This document shows positions 29,372 to 39,688 of a stretch of 64,000 nt of DNA, piece by piece. Both the position numbers and the translations under genes were made by a program. Under the pieces are notes generated by a model. It worked only from the letters and a program-made list of their open reading frames with translations. It did not search any database and was not told the DNA's origin. The stretch is taken from NCBI GenBank assembly GCA_963678065.2, contig CAXXVZ010000003.1, positions 1,440,001 through 1,504,000 of the forward strand, written 5' to 3'. How positions within the stretch are numbered: position 1 is the first letter of the stretch; the number at the start of each line of letters is the position of its first letter. The stretch comes from Treponemataceae bacterium. Lineage in GTDB: Bacteria > Spirochaetota > Spirochaetia > Treponematales > Rectinemataceae.

Positions 29372-31156
29372 TCACTTGTTGAAAACGGTGTAGGGCGTGT
29401 AGACGAGGACTCCAGCCTGGTTCTGGTAGAAGTTGCCTATCTTCTTGCTGGCGCCGTAGAGGTTCATGCCCTTGCAGACGAAGATCACGGGGGTCTGGTC
29501 GGCCATTATCTCCTGGTAGCGGTCGTACAGAGCCTTGCGCTTGGCCTGGTCGAGCTCGCGCATGCCGTCCTCGAAGATGTCGTAGAGTTCTTTCTCGCAG
29601 GGCTCGAGCACCTTCATGTCGACTTTGTCGTCGGGGCCGATCGTCGAGAGTTTCCAGTAATACAAGTGGGTTCCCGGCTGGTAAATCCCCTTGCGGAGAT
29701 GCGGATCGGGCTGGTTGCCGAAGGCGCGGAATCCGACCTCGAAGTCGCTCGCGTTGAGCCTCTGCCCCTGGAGGTTGGAGTCGATGATCTGTGGCTCGGC
29801 CTTGACGCCGATCTTCTTGAGCTCGGCCGTCCAGAGCATCGCCGTGCCCTGGTGCTCCGTGGTCCCTCCGACGAGGGCGACGAACTCGAGGGGCTTGCCG
29901 GAGGGCAGCTCCCGCCAGCCGTCGCCGTTCGTGTCCTTGAGGCCGAGCTTGTCGAGGATGGCCTTGGCCTTGGCGATGTCGTAGGGCCTGCGGATCTTCT
30001 CGATCTTGGGATTGTAGAAAGCCTTGTTCGAGGGGAGGACGGGGGTACCGCCAAGGACGGCGAGCCCGTTGTAGACCTGATCGATCACCTTGTTCCTGTC
30101 GAGGGCGTACTCCATGGCGTTGCGGAAATCCTTGTTGCGGAAGAGGGTCTTCAGCTCGGGATTCTTGGCGTCCTGGTTGAAGGCGATGTGGAGCGGAGAG
30201 GGCGTCGGCTGGTTCGGCTCCGTGCGGAAGATCACGAAGGGTCCGCCCGCGAGCTCCTTCTCCTTGAGGCTCGGGAACTGGGCCGTGGTGACCGAATCCG
30301 TGTAGTCGATCTCGCCGGTCTGGAACTTGAGCATGGCGGCCTCGGCGTCCTTCACGATGAGGTACTCGAGACTATCGACGTAGGGCAGGAGGTTCCCGGC
30401 CTTGTCGACGCGCCAGGAGTAGGGGTTGCGCTTGAGCACGACTTTCTGGTCCACGGTGTACTTGTCGAGGATGAAGGGGCCGGTGCCGGGGAGCTTGGCG
30501 GGGTCCATGTCGGTCGTGAGGATCTTGTTCACCGAACCGGGGTCGGCCTTGTTGATGAGGCCCTCGACGGCGTGCTTCGGGTAGATGCGCACGTTCGTGA
30601 GCGAGCGGAACAGAGTTCCGACCGGCGCGGGCAGGACGACTTTGACGGTCTTCGCGTCGACCTTGACGAAGTCGAAGGGTTTCCCGTCCACGGAATACTC
30701 CATGGCGTTGTTTCCGTTGGCGTTCTTGTTCATCACGAAGCTGTCGAACGTGAATACGACATCGTCGGCGGTGAAGGGCTTCCCGTCCGACCAGGTCACG
30801 TCGCGGAGCTTGAAAATGACTTCGTTGCCCTTGACTTCCCAGCTCTTCGCGAGGGCGGGCTCGATCTCCATGGTGACGGGATTGTTCTCGACGAGACAGT
30901 CGAGGAAGTTGTAGATGACGGTGTAGGAGGCGTTGTCGATTACACCGTAGAAGAGCCAGGACTGCGGAGAACCGGCGAGCCTGAGGGTCAGCGGACCGCC
31001 GCGGTTCGGAGCCTTGTCGGCCGTGAAATAGTCGGCGATTACCTTGGGTTCGGTCGTATTGACCTTGAGCTTGGCTGAGGCCGCGGGCCTGGTCTGTCCG
31101 AACGCGATGCCCGTCATTGTCAGGATGACGAGCGCAAGAATCAGTAACCTCTTCAT
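29372..31156 (-). CDS. Family-5 ABC substrate-binding protein (OppA/DppA-like, possibly for oligosaccharides)
   Basis: Signal peptide, PALAKSW, WSDGKPFTADDVVFT, GTGPF, RNPY; SD AAGGAGG. Confidence 0.9.
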   Translation of the reverse strand: MKRLLILALVILTMTGIAFGQTRPAASAKLKVNTTEPKVIADYFTADKAPNRGGPLTLRLAGSPQSWLFYGVIDNASYTVIYNFLDCLVENNPVTMEIEPALAKSWEVKGNEVIFKLRDVTWSDGKPFTADDVVFTFDSFVMNKNANGNNAMEYSVDGKPFDFVKVDAKTVKVVLPAPVGTLFRSLTNVRIYPKHAVEGLINKADPGSVNKILTTDMDPAKLPGTGPFILDKYTVDQKVVLKRNPYSWRVDKAGNLLPYVDSLEYLIVKDAEAAMLKFQTGEIDYTDSVTTAQFPSLKEKELAGGPFVIFRTEPNQPTPSPLHIAFNQDAKNPELKTLFRNKDFRNAMEYALDRNKVIDQVYNGLAVLGGTPVLPSNKAFYNPKIEKIRRPYDIAKAKAILDKLGLKDTNGDGWRELPSGKPLEFVALVGGTTEHQGTAMLWTAELKKIGVKAEPQIIDSNLQGQRLNASDFEVGFRAFGNQPDPHLRKGIYQPGTHLYYWKLSTIGPDDKVDMKVLEPCEKELYDIFEDGMRELDQAKRKALYDRYQEIMADQTPVIFVCKGMNLYGASKKIGNFYQNQAGVLVYTPYTVFNK

Positions 31157-31193
31157 GCGAAAACCTCCTTATTATGTGAAGACCGATGAGGTT

Positions 31194-31222
31194 ATTATCA
31201 TCCCGCTTTTTCAAATTGGCAA
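31194..31222 (-). promoter_or_regulatory. Sigma70-type promoter of the Opp-type operon
   Basis: TTGCCA-17 nt-GATAAT on the minus strand. Confidence 0.55.
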
Positions 31223-31275
31223 TTCAAATCTTCGGCTCTTTTGGGGTTTTTGTGAAAAAACATTTCATGAGGCGA

Positions 31276-32310
31276 CTATTTCTTCCTGGCGCCTGTCCTG
31301 ATCTTCATGCGTATTCCGTCCGTCAGCTTGGGCAGGAGGATGGCCACCACGAGCAGCACGCCCGTGATGATGTTCATGACCTTGCCGGGAATATTGAGCA
31401 CGGCCATGCCGAACTTCAGGAAGCCGAGAAGGAAGATCGAGATGATCACGCCTCCGATGTTCCCCTTTCCGCCGGTGATGGCCACGCCGCCGAGGACGAC
31501 GGCCGTGATGACGTCGAGTTCCCATCCGGAGGCGATGTTCGGCCTCGTCGACCCGATGCGCGAGGTGAGAAGGATCGCCGCGAGCCCCGAGAGAAGTCCG
31601 GTGGCGGTGAAGACGATGAGCCTGACTCTCTCCACGGGAACGCCGGAGAACTTAGCGGCGGTCTTGTTGTTGCCTATGGCGTAGGCGTAGCGCCCGAAGC
31701 TCGTCCGGTTGAGCACGATCGCCGCTACAAGGGCGACGAGGGCGAAAACCAGGAGCTCGAAGGGGACTATGCTCTTTCCGAGGTATCCCTGACCGAAGTA
31801 CGCGAAGCTCTCCGGGTACTTCGTGTAGGCCTGGTCGCCCAGCACCGCGTTCGCGATGCCGCGGAAGAGCGAGGTCGAGCCGAGGGTCACGGCGATGGAG
31901 GGTATATCCAGCTTCGTGATGAGGAGTCCGTTGAAAAGACCAGCCGCGAGCCCGACGCCGAGTCCTATGAGAACGATGGCCGTCGTGTCCGCTCCCCCGG
32001 CGCTCGCCATGCCCATGAAGAGGCTCGACAGCGATATGATCGACGCGACCGAGATGTCGATATCCCCGAGGAGGATGACGAACATCATCGGCATGGCGAT
32101 GATGGCCTTCTCGATGAAATTGAAGGTCGTGTCGAAGAGGTTCACGACATCGAGGAAATAGGGCGACAGGGCCGTGTTGACCGCGCAGACAGCTATGAAG
32201 ATGAAGAACAGCATCGTCTCCCAGCGGAGGAGAAAATCGGCGAGCTTCTGCGCAGGGCTGAGCGTGGTGAGCCTGGCCTCGTCGACCAGGGTGCTTTCGG
32301 GCCGGCTCAT
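31276..32310 (-). CDS. Monosaccharide ABC permease (RhaQ-like)
   Basis: IDISVAS, IAVTLG, G.ELDVITAVVLGGV.I.GG.G; ATGA overlap. Confidence 0.85.
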   Translation of the reverse strand: MSRPESTLVDEARLTTLSPAQKLADFLLRWETMLFFIFIAVCAVNTALSPYFLDVVNLFDTTFNFIEKAIIAMPMMFVILLGDIDISVASIISLSSLFMGMASAGGADTTAIVLIGLGVGLAAGLFNGLLITKLDIPSIAVTLGSTSLFRGIANAVLGDQAYTKYPESFAYFGQGYLGKSIVPFELLVFALVALVAAIVLNRTSFGRYAYAIGNNKTAAKFSGVPVERVRLIVFTATGLLSGLAAILLTSRIGSTRPNIASGWELDVITAVVLGGVAITGGKGNIGGVIISIFLLGFLKFGMAVLNIPGKVMNIITGVLLVVAILLPKLTDGIRMKIRTGARKK

Positions 32311-33281
32311 GCGATTCTCCTTGCGGCGAGCTTGCGCTGTTTGCTCCGGGAAAGAAGGACGTTGACGATGACCGCCGTCAGGATGATGAAGCCCTGGATG
32401 GCCATCTGATAGAAGGGCGACATTCTGAGGACAGGGAGGGCGTTGTTGACGACCCCGAGGAAAAGGGAGCCGAGGACAACGCCGAGCACGGTCCCCGAGC
32501 CGCCCGAGATGTTCACGCCGCCGAGGACGCTCGCCGCGACCGTCTGCATCTCGAAACCGACTGCAGTCTCGCTCTGCGCGATGCCGTAGCGCGACACGTA
32601 GAGCAGCCCCGCGAGACCCGAGAGGATGCCGGCCGCGACGAAGACGAGGATGTCGACCTTGCGCTCGCTCACCCCGGCGAATCTCGCCGCCGTCTTGTTC
32701 CCGCCTATCGCGTAGATTTCGCGCCCGGAGCGGGTCAGCTTCATGAAGACCCAGGCCACGACAACGACAAGGAGGGTGATCCACAGCATGCCCGGAGCTC
32801 CCAGAACCGGAGTATCGGGGATACGCCTGAAGCTCTCCGTCATCTCGTTGGCGGTGACCCACTGCCCCTTCGAGACGAGGAAGACGATGCCGCGGTAGGC
32901 GCTCATGGTTCCCAGGCTGGCGATCATAGGAGGAAGGCCTCCGAATCCGACGAGGAGGCCCGAGATGAGGCCGAGGACGGCTCCCAGGCCGAGGCTCATC
33001 GGGAGGTAAAGCCAGGCGGGTATGCCGGGAATGAACTGGTTCATCATGGCGGTGACCATGCCCACGAGGGCCATGGTGGACGCGACCGAGAGGTCGATGC
33101 CACCGATGAGGATGACCGCGAACTGTCCGAGGGCGACGATGATGAGAATGCAGGAGTCGACGAGGATTCCCGAAAGGCTCTTGGGCGCTATGAATCCGGG
33201 CGCGCGCAGGGAGACCGCGAGCGTCATGAGGACGATGAGAATGGCGAGGGGGACTTCCTTGCTCTTGAAGAACTTTTTCAT
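32307..33281 (-). CDS. Monosaccharide ABC permease (RhaP-like)
   Basis: IDLSVAS, GREIYAIGGN, GFEMQTVAASVLGGV. Confidence 0.85.
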   Translation of the reverse strand: MKKFFKSKEVPLAILIVLMTLAVSLRAPGFIAPKSLSGILVDSCILIIVALGQFAVILIGGIDLSVASTMALVGMVTAMMNQFIPGIPAWLYLPMSLGLGAVLGLISGLLVGFGGLPPMIASLGTMSAYRGIVFLVSKGQWVTANEMTESFRRIPDTPVLGAPGMLWITLLVVVVAWVFMKLTRSGREIYAIGGNKTAARFAGVSERKVDILVFVAAGILSGLAGLLYVSRYGIAQSETAVGFEMQTVAASVLGGVNISGGSGTVLGVVLGSLFLGVVNNALPVLRMSPFYQMAIQGFIILTAVIVNVLLSRSKQRKLAARRIA

Positions 33282-34861
33282 GCGCGTCCTCCGGGCTTTT
33301 TCGTGCGGGCCTTGGCAGGAACCGCGCCGGCTGCATCGGCGGCGCGAGTCACATCGCTACGGGGAGCGCTTTCAGCGCTTCCCGTAGCGGCCATGATCAC
33401 CTTCTCTTCGGTCGCGTCGGCGCGGTCGAAGGCGGCGGCTATCCTGCCCTCGTGCATTACGATGATGCGGTCGGACATGCCGAGTATCTCGGGCAGTTCC
33501 GACGAAATCATGATGATGGACATGCCCCCTTCGGCGAGCTCCGACACGAACTCGTGCACCGCGGCCTTCGTCCCGACGTCGATACCCTTGGTAGGCTCGT
33601 CCAGAATGAGGATCGAGGGTTTTGTCGCGAGCCACTTGGCGAGGACGACCTTCTGCTGGTTGCCGCCCGAGAGAGTCGCAGCCTCCACTTTCCAGCCGGC
33701 CGAGCGGATCTCCATCTTCTTGCCGTACTCTTCGGTGAGGGCCGCTTCGGCCCCGTCATTGCGGAATCCGGCCCGCCCGAGGCTGCCCACCTGAGGCAGG
33801 GTGATGTTGTGCGAGATGCTCATCGGAAGGACGAGGCCCTGTCCCTGTCTGTCCTCGGGCACGCATGCCAGCCCCAGTCTGAGGGCCTCGCGCGGATTCG
33901 CTATCCGGACAGTCCGTCCCTTCAGCCTGATCCTGCCCGAATCCAGCGGGTCGACGCCGATGAGGGCCCTGATAACCTCGCTGCGCCCGGCCCCCACGAG
34001 GCCGAACATGCCCAGGATCTCGCCCTTGTGGAGTGTGAAGGACACGTCGCGGAAGCTCGAGCCCTGGCAGAAGCCCTCGACCTCGAGAACGGGCTCGCCG
34101 ATCGTGGCCACATGTTTGGGGAACATCTGCGTGAGAGGCCGGCCCGCCATCATCTGCACGAGCGCGTCCAGCGTGACGTCTTTCACGAGACCGGAGCCGA
34201 TGTACTTCCCGTCGCGGAGCACGGTGTAGGAATCGCAGATCGCGAAGATCTCGTCGAATTTGTGCGAGATGAAGAGGATGGCCTTCCCTTCGGCCTTGAG
34301 CTGACGGATGATCCTGAAAAGGTCTTCCGTCTCGCGCATGGACAGGGCGCTCGTCGGCTCGTCCATGATGACGAGGCGGGCATCCATGGAAAGAGAGCGC
34401 GCGATCTGGACGAGGTGGCGCTGGGCGACGGAGAGTTCGATCACGAGAGCCTCCGGGTCCACCGGAAGCTCGAGGCGCGCGAGAAGCTCCACGGTCTTCG
34501 CCCTCATGCCGGCCCAGTCGAGGAGTCCGCTTTTCTTCCGCAGAAGATGGCCGGAAAAAATGTTTTCAGTGATCGAAAGTTCGGGGAACATGATGGCTTC
34601 CTGGTGGATCGCCGCTATGCCCTCGTTCTGGGAATCGACGGGGGAGCGGAAATCCCGCTCCACTCCCTCGAAGACGATGCGGCCCGCCGTCGGTCGGTAC
34701 ACACCGGTCAGGACCTTCACGAGCGTCGATTTGCCCGCCCCGTTCTCGCCGATGAGGGCGTGGACTTCGCCCGGGCGCATCGAAAAATCGACCCCGTCGA
34801 GGGCCTTGATGCCGGGGAAATATCTGCACAGTCCCCGCATCTCGAGTATGTTCGTTTCCAC
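33278..34861 (-). CDS. Monosaccharide ABC ATPase with two NBDs (RhaT/RbsA-like)
   Basis: GENGAGKSTL, MDEPTSAL, LSGGNQQKV, DEPTKGIDVG; GTG start inferred. Confidence 0.9.
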   Translation of the reverse strand: METNILEMRGLCRYFPGIKALDGVDFSMRPGEVHALIGENGAGKSTLVKVLTGVYRPTAGRIVFEGVERDFRSPVDSQNEGIAAIHQEAIMFPELSITENIFSGHLLRKKSGLLDWAGMRAKTVELLARLELPVDPEALVIELSVAQRHLVQIARSLSMDARLVIMDEPTSALSMRETEDLFRIIRQLKAEGKAILFISHKFDEIFAICDSYTVLRDGKYIGSGLVKDVTLDALVQMMAGRPLTQMFPKHVATIGEPVLEVEGFCQGSSFRDVSFTLHKGEILGMFGLVGAGRSEVIRALIGVDPLDSGRIRLKGRTVRIANPREALRLGLACVPEDRQGQGLVLPMSISHNITLPQVGSLGRAGFRNDGAEAALTEEYGKKMEIRSAGWKVEAATLSGGNQQKVVLAKWLATKPSILILDEPTKGIDVGTKAAVHEFVSELAEGGMSIIMISSELPEILGMSDRIIVMHEGRIAAAFDRADATEEKVIMAATGSAESAPRSDVTRAADAAGAVPAKARTKKPGGRA

Positions 34862-34927
34862 GTGAGGAAGCTCCCTGGCGCAGGGCGCCGCGCCGTGCGG
34901 AAAACCGCGCCGTTTCAAATGAAGATC

Positions 34928-34966
34928 AAAAAAAATGCGGGCCGGCAGCCACGGCAGCCGGCCCGC
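34928..34966 (-). terminator. Intrinsic terminator or stabilising hairpin after the binding-protein gene
   Basis: 10-bp GC stem GCGGGCCGGC/GCCGGCCCGC followed on the minus strand by A and T8. Confidence 0.7.
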
Positions 34967-34979
34967 TCTCACTTCCGGA

Positions 34980-35981
34980 TCAGAACATCTTCGCGAACTT
35001 GGCGACGTTTTCCTTGGTGAACACGAAGGGGACGCCCATGACGGTGTTGCCGTCCTTGCCGATGGTGATGGTGCCCATGCGTCCGGCCTTGACGACATCG
35101 CCCTCGTTGCCCTTCACGTCGCCCTTGATGAGGGCGTAGGTGATGTAGGTGGAGGCGTAGCCGAGGTCGATCGGGTTCCAGAGGGCGAACTTGCGGCAGA
35201 TATCCTTCTCGACGTAGTACTTCATCTCGGAGGGAAGACCGAGGCCGGTGAGCTCGACTTTGCCCTTGAGACCCTTGTCCTCGATGGCTTTTCCGGCTGC
35301 GGCGACGCCGACAGTGGTCGGGGAGATGATGCCGCGGAGGTTGGGATAGGACTCGAAGAGGCCGAGGGCTTCGCGGTAAGACTTGTCGGAGAGATCGTCG
35401 CCGTAGACGGTCGCCACGAGCTTCATGGCGGAGTATTCGGGTTTCTTGAGCTCTTCCTTCATCCAGCCGATCCATGCGTTCTGGTTCGTGGCCTGGCTGG
35501 TGGCGGAGAGGATGGCGATCTCGCCCTTCTTGCCGATGAGTTCAGAGATGAGCTGGACCTGCTGACGCCCGATGAGCTCTTCCTTGGAGGGAACGAGGTC
35601 GACGAGGCGGCCGCCCACGTTGATGCCGGAGTCGAAGGAGATGACCTTGATTCCCGCCTTCATGGCTTTCTTGGTGATGGGAATGAGGGCGTCGCGGTCG
35701 TTGGCGGAGATGGCGATGCCGTTCACATGCTGGGCGATGAGGCTGTCGATGATCTCGATCTGGCCTTCAGCCGTGGGGGTGGAGGGACCCTGGTAGATGA
35801 TGTCGACGCCGGAGAGATCCTTGGCCGCCTCCATGCCGCCGTCGCGGACTGCCTCGAAGAATCCGTTGCCGAGATTCTTGACGACGATGGCGATCTTGAT
35901 CCTCTGCTGGGCGAAAGCCGATCCGGTCGCGAATACGGCGAGCACGAGGACGAGTGCGAGAATGCGCGATGCTTTCTTCAT
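34980..35981 (-). CDS. rhaS: Rhamnose-type ABC substrate-binding protein
   Basis: VKNLGNGFFEA, GP..PTAEGQIE.I.SLIAQ, VYGDDLSDKSYREA, LWNPIDLGY match rhizobial-type RhaS (not the E. coli AraC regulator of the same name). Confidence 0.75.
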   Translation of the reverse strand: MKKASRILALVLVLAVFATGSAFAQQRIKIAIVVKNLGNGFFEAVRDGGMEAAKDLSGVDIIYQGPSTPTAEGQIEIIDSLIAQHVNGIAISANDRDALIPITKKAMKAGIKVISFDSGINVGGRLVDLVPSKEELIGRQQVQLISELIGKKGEIAILSATSQATNQNAWIGWMKEELKKPEYSAMKLVATVYGDDLSDKSYREALGLFESYPNLRGIISPTTVGVAAAGKAIEDKGLKGKVELTGLGLPSEMKYYVEKDICRKFALWNPIDLGYASTYITYALIKGDVKGNEGDVVKAGRMGTITIGKDGNTVMGVPFVFTKENVAKFAKMF

Positions 35982-36091
35982 TGAAAAAGCCTCCTTCCTA
36001 AAGATGTGTGCGAAGAAAGTATCGGGCCAATTTCCGGAACGCGGAATGCCGCGGATCTACGCCCGGAGTGGGACGAATCTACGATTTCTCT

Positions 36092-36781
36092 TCAGCCCCG
36101 CGAATCCGAGGGGTACTCCCCCGTCACCTCGCGGTACTTGCGCGAAAAGTGTCGCACGTCCGAATACCCGACGGCCCTCGCAGCCTCGGCCACGGAGAGC
36201 CCCTTTTCGCGGAGGAGCCGCCTCGCGTGCTCCATCCTGATTTTCCCGAGGTAAGCGCTGAAGGTCATCCCGAGTCTCAGGTGGAAGAGCGACGAGAGGT
36301 AGTTCGGCGTGAGCCCCGAGATGTCCGCGAGGTCGGATATGCTGACGTCGGCGTTGAAGTTTCGGTCTACATGCTCGAGGAGAGGACCGAGGATGGGATC
36401 GTTGCGCGGCGATTCGGGCGAAAGGCCGAGTCCGGTCAGGCAGCGGGCAAGGTCCTGGGGGCTCACGGGCTTCACGAGGTACTCGGTGACGCCGAGCCTT
36501 ATGGCGCTGCGCGCGTACTCGAACTCGGCGAAGCTCGACACGATGACCCACACGGTGTCCGGCGAAATAACCTTGCACCGCGCTATGGCCTCGAGTCCGT
36601 CCATGCCCGGCATGCGGATGTCGACGAATCCGAGCCGGGGTTTCGACGCCGCGGCAAGGTCGACGAGTTCGCGGCCGTCGCGGGCCTCGGACATCTCGGC
36701 CTCGGAAAATCCGGCCTCCGCGAGCATGCTCTTCAGCATGAAGCGGGCGGGCCTCTCGTCGTCCGCGATGATCATTCTCAT
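36092..36781 (-). CDS. Response regulator, REC plus AraC HTH (YesN-like)
   Basis: IADDE, DIRMPGMDGL, YLVKP; TPNYLS..F, VGYSDVRHFSR. Confidence 0.9.
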   Translation of the reverse strand: MRMIIADDERPARFMLKSMLAEAGFSEAEMSEARDGRELVDLAAASKPRLGFVDIRMPGMDGLEAIARCKVISPDTVWVIVSSFAEFEYARSAIRLGVTEYLVKPVSPQDLARCLTGLGLSPESPRNDPILGPLLEHVDRNFNADVSISDLADISGLTPNYLSSLFHLRLGMTFSAYLGKIRMEHARRLLREKGLSVAEAARAVGYSDVRHFSRKYREVTGEYPSDSRG

Positions 36782-38778
36782 GATTCGCCCTCTCTGCCTT
36801 CGAGCGGGCCTTGTCCGGTCTGGGAAGCCGGGATGCGGATGGTGGCACAGAAACCCTTCCCGGGCCCCCCGTCCAGTTCGAGCGCGGCCCCCGAGTACAG
36901 GATATCGAGCCTCTCCCGTATGTTGGCCAGCCCCACCCTCGACTTCGAAGAGAGTTCGTCGGGATCGCATCCCCTCCCGTCGTCCCTGACCCGGATGACG
37001 AGGAAACTCCCCTCTATCCGGGCTTCGACATCGAGGCGCCCCGGGCCTGGTCTGGGTTCGAGCCCATGAATGTAGGCGTTCTCCACGAGGGGCTGGACGA
37101 TGAGCTTGGGAATGCGGATGTCGGCCGCCTCGGGATCGAAGCGGAAGTCGGCCGCGAACCTGTCGTCGAAGCGGAGCCTCTGGAGCTCGCAGTACCGGGA
37201 CAGGAAGTCGAACTCCTCCCTGACTCTGGTCCATCTCATGTGCTCGAGCGTGTATCGCAGCATATCTTTGAGCGCGAAGAGAGAATCCTCCAGCCTCTTC
37301 TTCTCGCCCATCCGGTTGAGGGCCGCGAGGCCGGTGAGGACATTGTACAGGAAGTGCGGGCGGATCTGCGCCTGCAAGGCCTCGAACTCCGCGTCCCGCC
37401 GCGTGGAGAGGGCGGCGTAGGCCATCACGTTGTCGATCACCTGTGCGGCGTAGTCCGCGCTGGCAGTCAGGCGCGCGACTGCCAGATCGGTGAAGATCTC
37501 GCTCTTCCGTGCGAAGAGGCAGAATCCCGCGAGCCGCTTTCTGACCGCGAGGGGTACAATCACGAGGGAGCGCAGGGCAGGATCGAGGCTGAAGGCCTCA
37601 GGGTCGAAGCCCTCGGCCCGCAGGTCCTTGACCACGGTGGAGGAATCTCCGCCGCAAAGAAGCCCTCCGAAGCTCCCGCTCTCCCGCTCATCGCCGACAG
37701 ACCAGTCCGGGAAGGGAAGGAATCCGGCGCAGGCGCCCAGCACGAAGCTCCGTGGCCGCTCGGACGCGGATTCCCCCTGCTGAACAGAGTCCGGCTGCGC
37801 GAGGAAGATCGAGGCGCTCTCGGTCCCTCCCTCCCGGAGAAGGGCCTCGGTCACGAGTCCGAGGATGTGATCGAGGTCGGGATCGTCCGGGATGGCCTCG
37901 TTGACGTCCTTGAGCAGTGTCGGAATCGACTCGACATTCCGTTTCACGTCGCAGGCGAGAGCGCCGAATGCACTGGCGAGCGCGGAGAGTTCGTCCTTTC
38001 CGTGCACGGGAATGCTGAGGGAGAAATCCCCCGCCGCGACCCGTCCGATCGCCGCGTCGAGAAGCCTGATGTTCTCGAGGATTCCCCTCGTGAGGAAAAA
38101 AACGGCGATCACCGTGGAGGATCCAAGAAGGAGGACGAGGAGGGAAAAAAGGAGGATCATCGTGTCCTGCATGACCCTGGCCTGCTTCTGGAGTCCCGTG
38201 ACGAAGCGGTTCAGGTATCCCTCGAAGACATTGGTCAGGAAGAAGGAAGCCTCGCGCAGCTCGCCGAAAATGCGGTAAACCGACTCGTCCTTGCTCGCCT
38301 GGACTAAGGTGTAGAGGTCCCCGTTTCCCGGATAGTCGCTCCGGAGCCGTTCCACGAGGAGGGAGAGGTCTCCGAGTTTGGCGAAAGCCTTCGCGCTCAG
38401 AGGAACGGCGATCTCGTAGGCGACCTTGAGTTCCTCGTCCCGAAGCATGCCCCGCACGGCCGGGTCGCGCATGAACGCATCGTATTCGGCCCGGAAAGTC
38501 CTCACCTCGTCGATCCACTCCTTGTCGGTCACAAGCGAGCGGGGAGAGAGCACCGATTCGCGGAGATACTGGTAGCTGCGCGGCGTGAAGAGGTCGAAGA
38601 CGACATCCTTGAGGAGGCTGTGCACGCGCCGGGAGCGGGCGATGAGGCGGACGCCCTGGTCCACTGACTCGTTGACCTGCCCTACCCGCGCGAAAGTCCA
38701 GAGGGAGAGCCCGGACAAAGCGACAAAGCTGGCCAGCTCAATGAGAAGGACAGCGAAAAACTTGGTTCGGATCCGCAT
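36778..38778 (-). CDS. Sensor histidine kinase (YesM/LytS-type, with HAMP and GAF-like domains)
   Basis: Two TM segments, HAMP (GDFS...DEL..LA), LQAQIRPHFLYN, QPLVENAYIHGL, DDGRG, VGLANIRERL. Confidence 0.9.
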   Translation of the reverse strand: MRIRTKFFAVLLIELASFVALSGLSLWTFARVGQVNESVDQGVRLIARSRRVHSLLKDVVFDLFTPRSYQYLRESVLSPRSLVTDKEWIDEVRTFRAEYDAFMRDPAVRGMLRDEELKVAYEIAVPLSAKAFAKLGDLSLLVERLRSDYPGNGDLYTLVQASKDESVYRIFGELREASFFLTNVFEGYLNRFVTGLQKQARVMQDTMILLFSLLVLLLGSSTVIAVFFLTRGILENIRLLDAAIGRVAAGDFSLSIPVHGKDELSALASAFGALACDVKRNVESIPTLLKDVNEAIPDDPDLDHILGLVTEALLREGGTESASIFLAQPDSVQQGESASERPRSFVLGACAGFLPFPDWSVGDERESGSFGGLLCGGDSSTVVKDLRAEGFDPEAFSLDPALRSLVIVPLAVRKRLAGFCLFARKSEIFTDLAVARLTASADYAAQVIDNVMAYAALSTRRDAEFEALQAQIRPHFLYNVLTGLAALNRMGEKKRLEDSLFALKDMLRYTLEHMRWTRVREEFDFLSRYCELQRLRFDDRFAADFRFDPEAADIRIPKLIVQPLVENAYIHGLEPRPGPGRLDVEARIEGSFLVIRVRDDGRGCDPDELSSKSRVGLANIRERLDILYSGAALELDGGPGKGFCATIRIPASQTGQGPLEGREGES

Positions 38779-38830
38779 CGGATGGTCAGTATAGCATGAT
38801 CCCGCTGCAGGGGTATCCTGCGACTGCCTG

Positions 38831-38882
38831 GATCAACTACCTTGCAGTGCAGGTGCGCGGTATGAGACCCGCTTCCGGGTCA
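38831..38882. repeat. Degenerate full-length copy of the dispersed repeat, overlapping the end of the ATPase gene
   Basis: GATCAACTACCTTGCAGTGCAGGTGCGCGGTATGAGACCCGCTTCCGGGTCA has the same layout as 45722-45769. Confidence 0.5.
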
Positions 38883-39688
38883 CGGCTGTCAATCCTGCGG
38901 GCACTCTTCCCCGCCGATTCCGCAAAGGCCCCGGGGACTGTCTGGACGCCGAAGTCCACACCGAAGGCGCGGGCAAGTTTTTCGGCGGTCAGAATTTCGC
39001 GAGGATCGCCCCTCTCCACACTTTTTCCCTTCTCTCCGTTTCGACCACTTCCCATCAGCGCGACTTCGTCCGCGAGGTATCCCGCGAGAGCCACATCGTG
39101 CGTAGTAAACAGGATGGCTTTTCCTGTCGCCGCGAGGCGTATGAGAGTGTCGGCCACCTGACGCGCGTTGGCGGGATCGAGCATGGAAGTCGGCTCATCG
39201 AGGAGAAGAATGGCCGCTTCCTGGGCGAGGCATCGGGCGAAGCGCAGGAGCTGGAACTCGCCGCCGGACAGTTCTCCGGCTGGCCTGCCGGCATATTCCG
39301 AAAGTCCGAGCCCGTCGAGGGCCCGGCGGGCGGCGAAGTAATCCGCCTCGCCCGGCATGGAGAGCGGATGGACATGAGGAGCCCGCCCCAAAAGAACAAA
39401 ATCGAGACAGCTGTAATTGAAGGCGAGCTTTTCGAACTGTGGCAGGACGGCTATTTTTCTCGCGAGCGCAGGTCTCCCGATTGTTTCGAGAGGTATGCCA
39501 TCCAGCAGCACTTTCCCCGACGCGGGGCGCAGACGCCCGGAGGCGAGCCCAAGCAAGGTCGTCTTCCCCGCTCCGTTGGGTCCGAGAATGGCGGAAATCT
39601 GCCCCGAGGAGATACCGATGCTCACAGCAGACAGAATTTCTGGCCGCCCCGGGCGCGAAAAAGATACGGAATCGAGCTCGAGGGTCAT
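38837..39688 (-). CDS. Fec/Btu-type ABC ATPase
   Basis: GPNGAGKTT, LSGGEFQ, LLDEPTS.LD, HD. Confidence 0.88.
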   Translation of the reverse strand: MTLELDSVSFSRPGRPEILSAVSIGISSGQISAILGPNGAGKTTLLGLASGRLRPASGKVLLDGIPLETIGRPALARKIAVLPQFEKLAFNYSCLDFVLLGRAPHVHPLSMPGEADYFAARRALDGLGLSEYAGRPAGELSGGEFQLLRFARCLAQEAAILLLDEPTSMLDPANARQVADTLIRLAATGKAILFTTHDVALAGYLADEVALMGSGRNGEKGKSVERGDPREILTAEKLARAFGVDFGVQTVPGAFAESAGKSARRIDSRDPEAGLIPRTCTAR

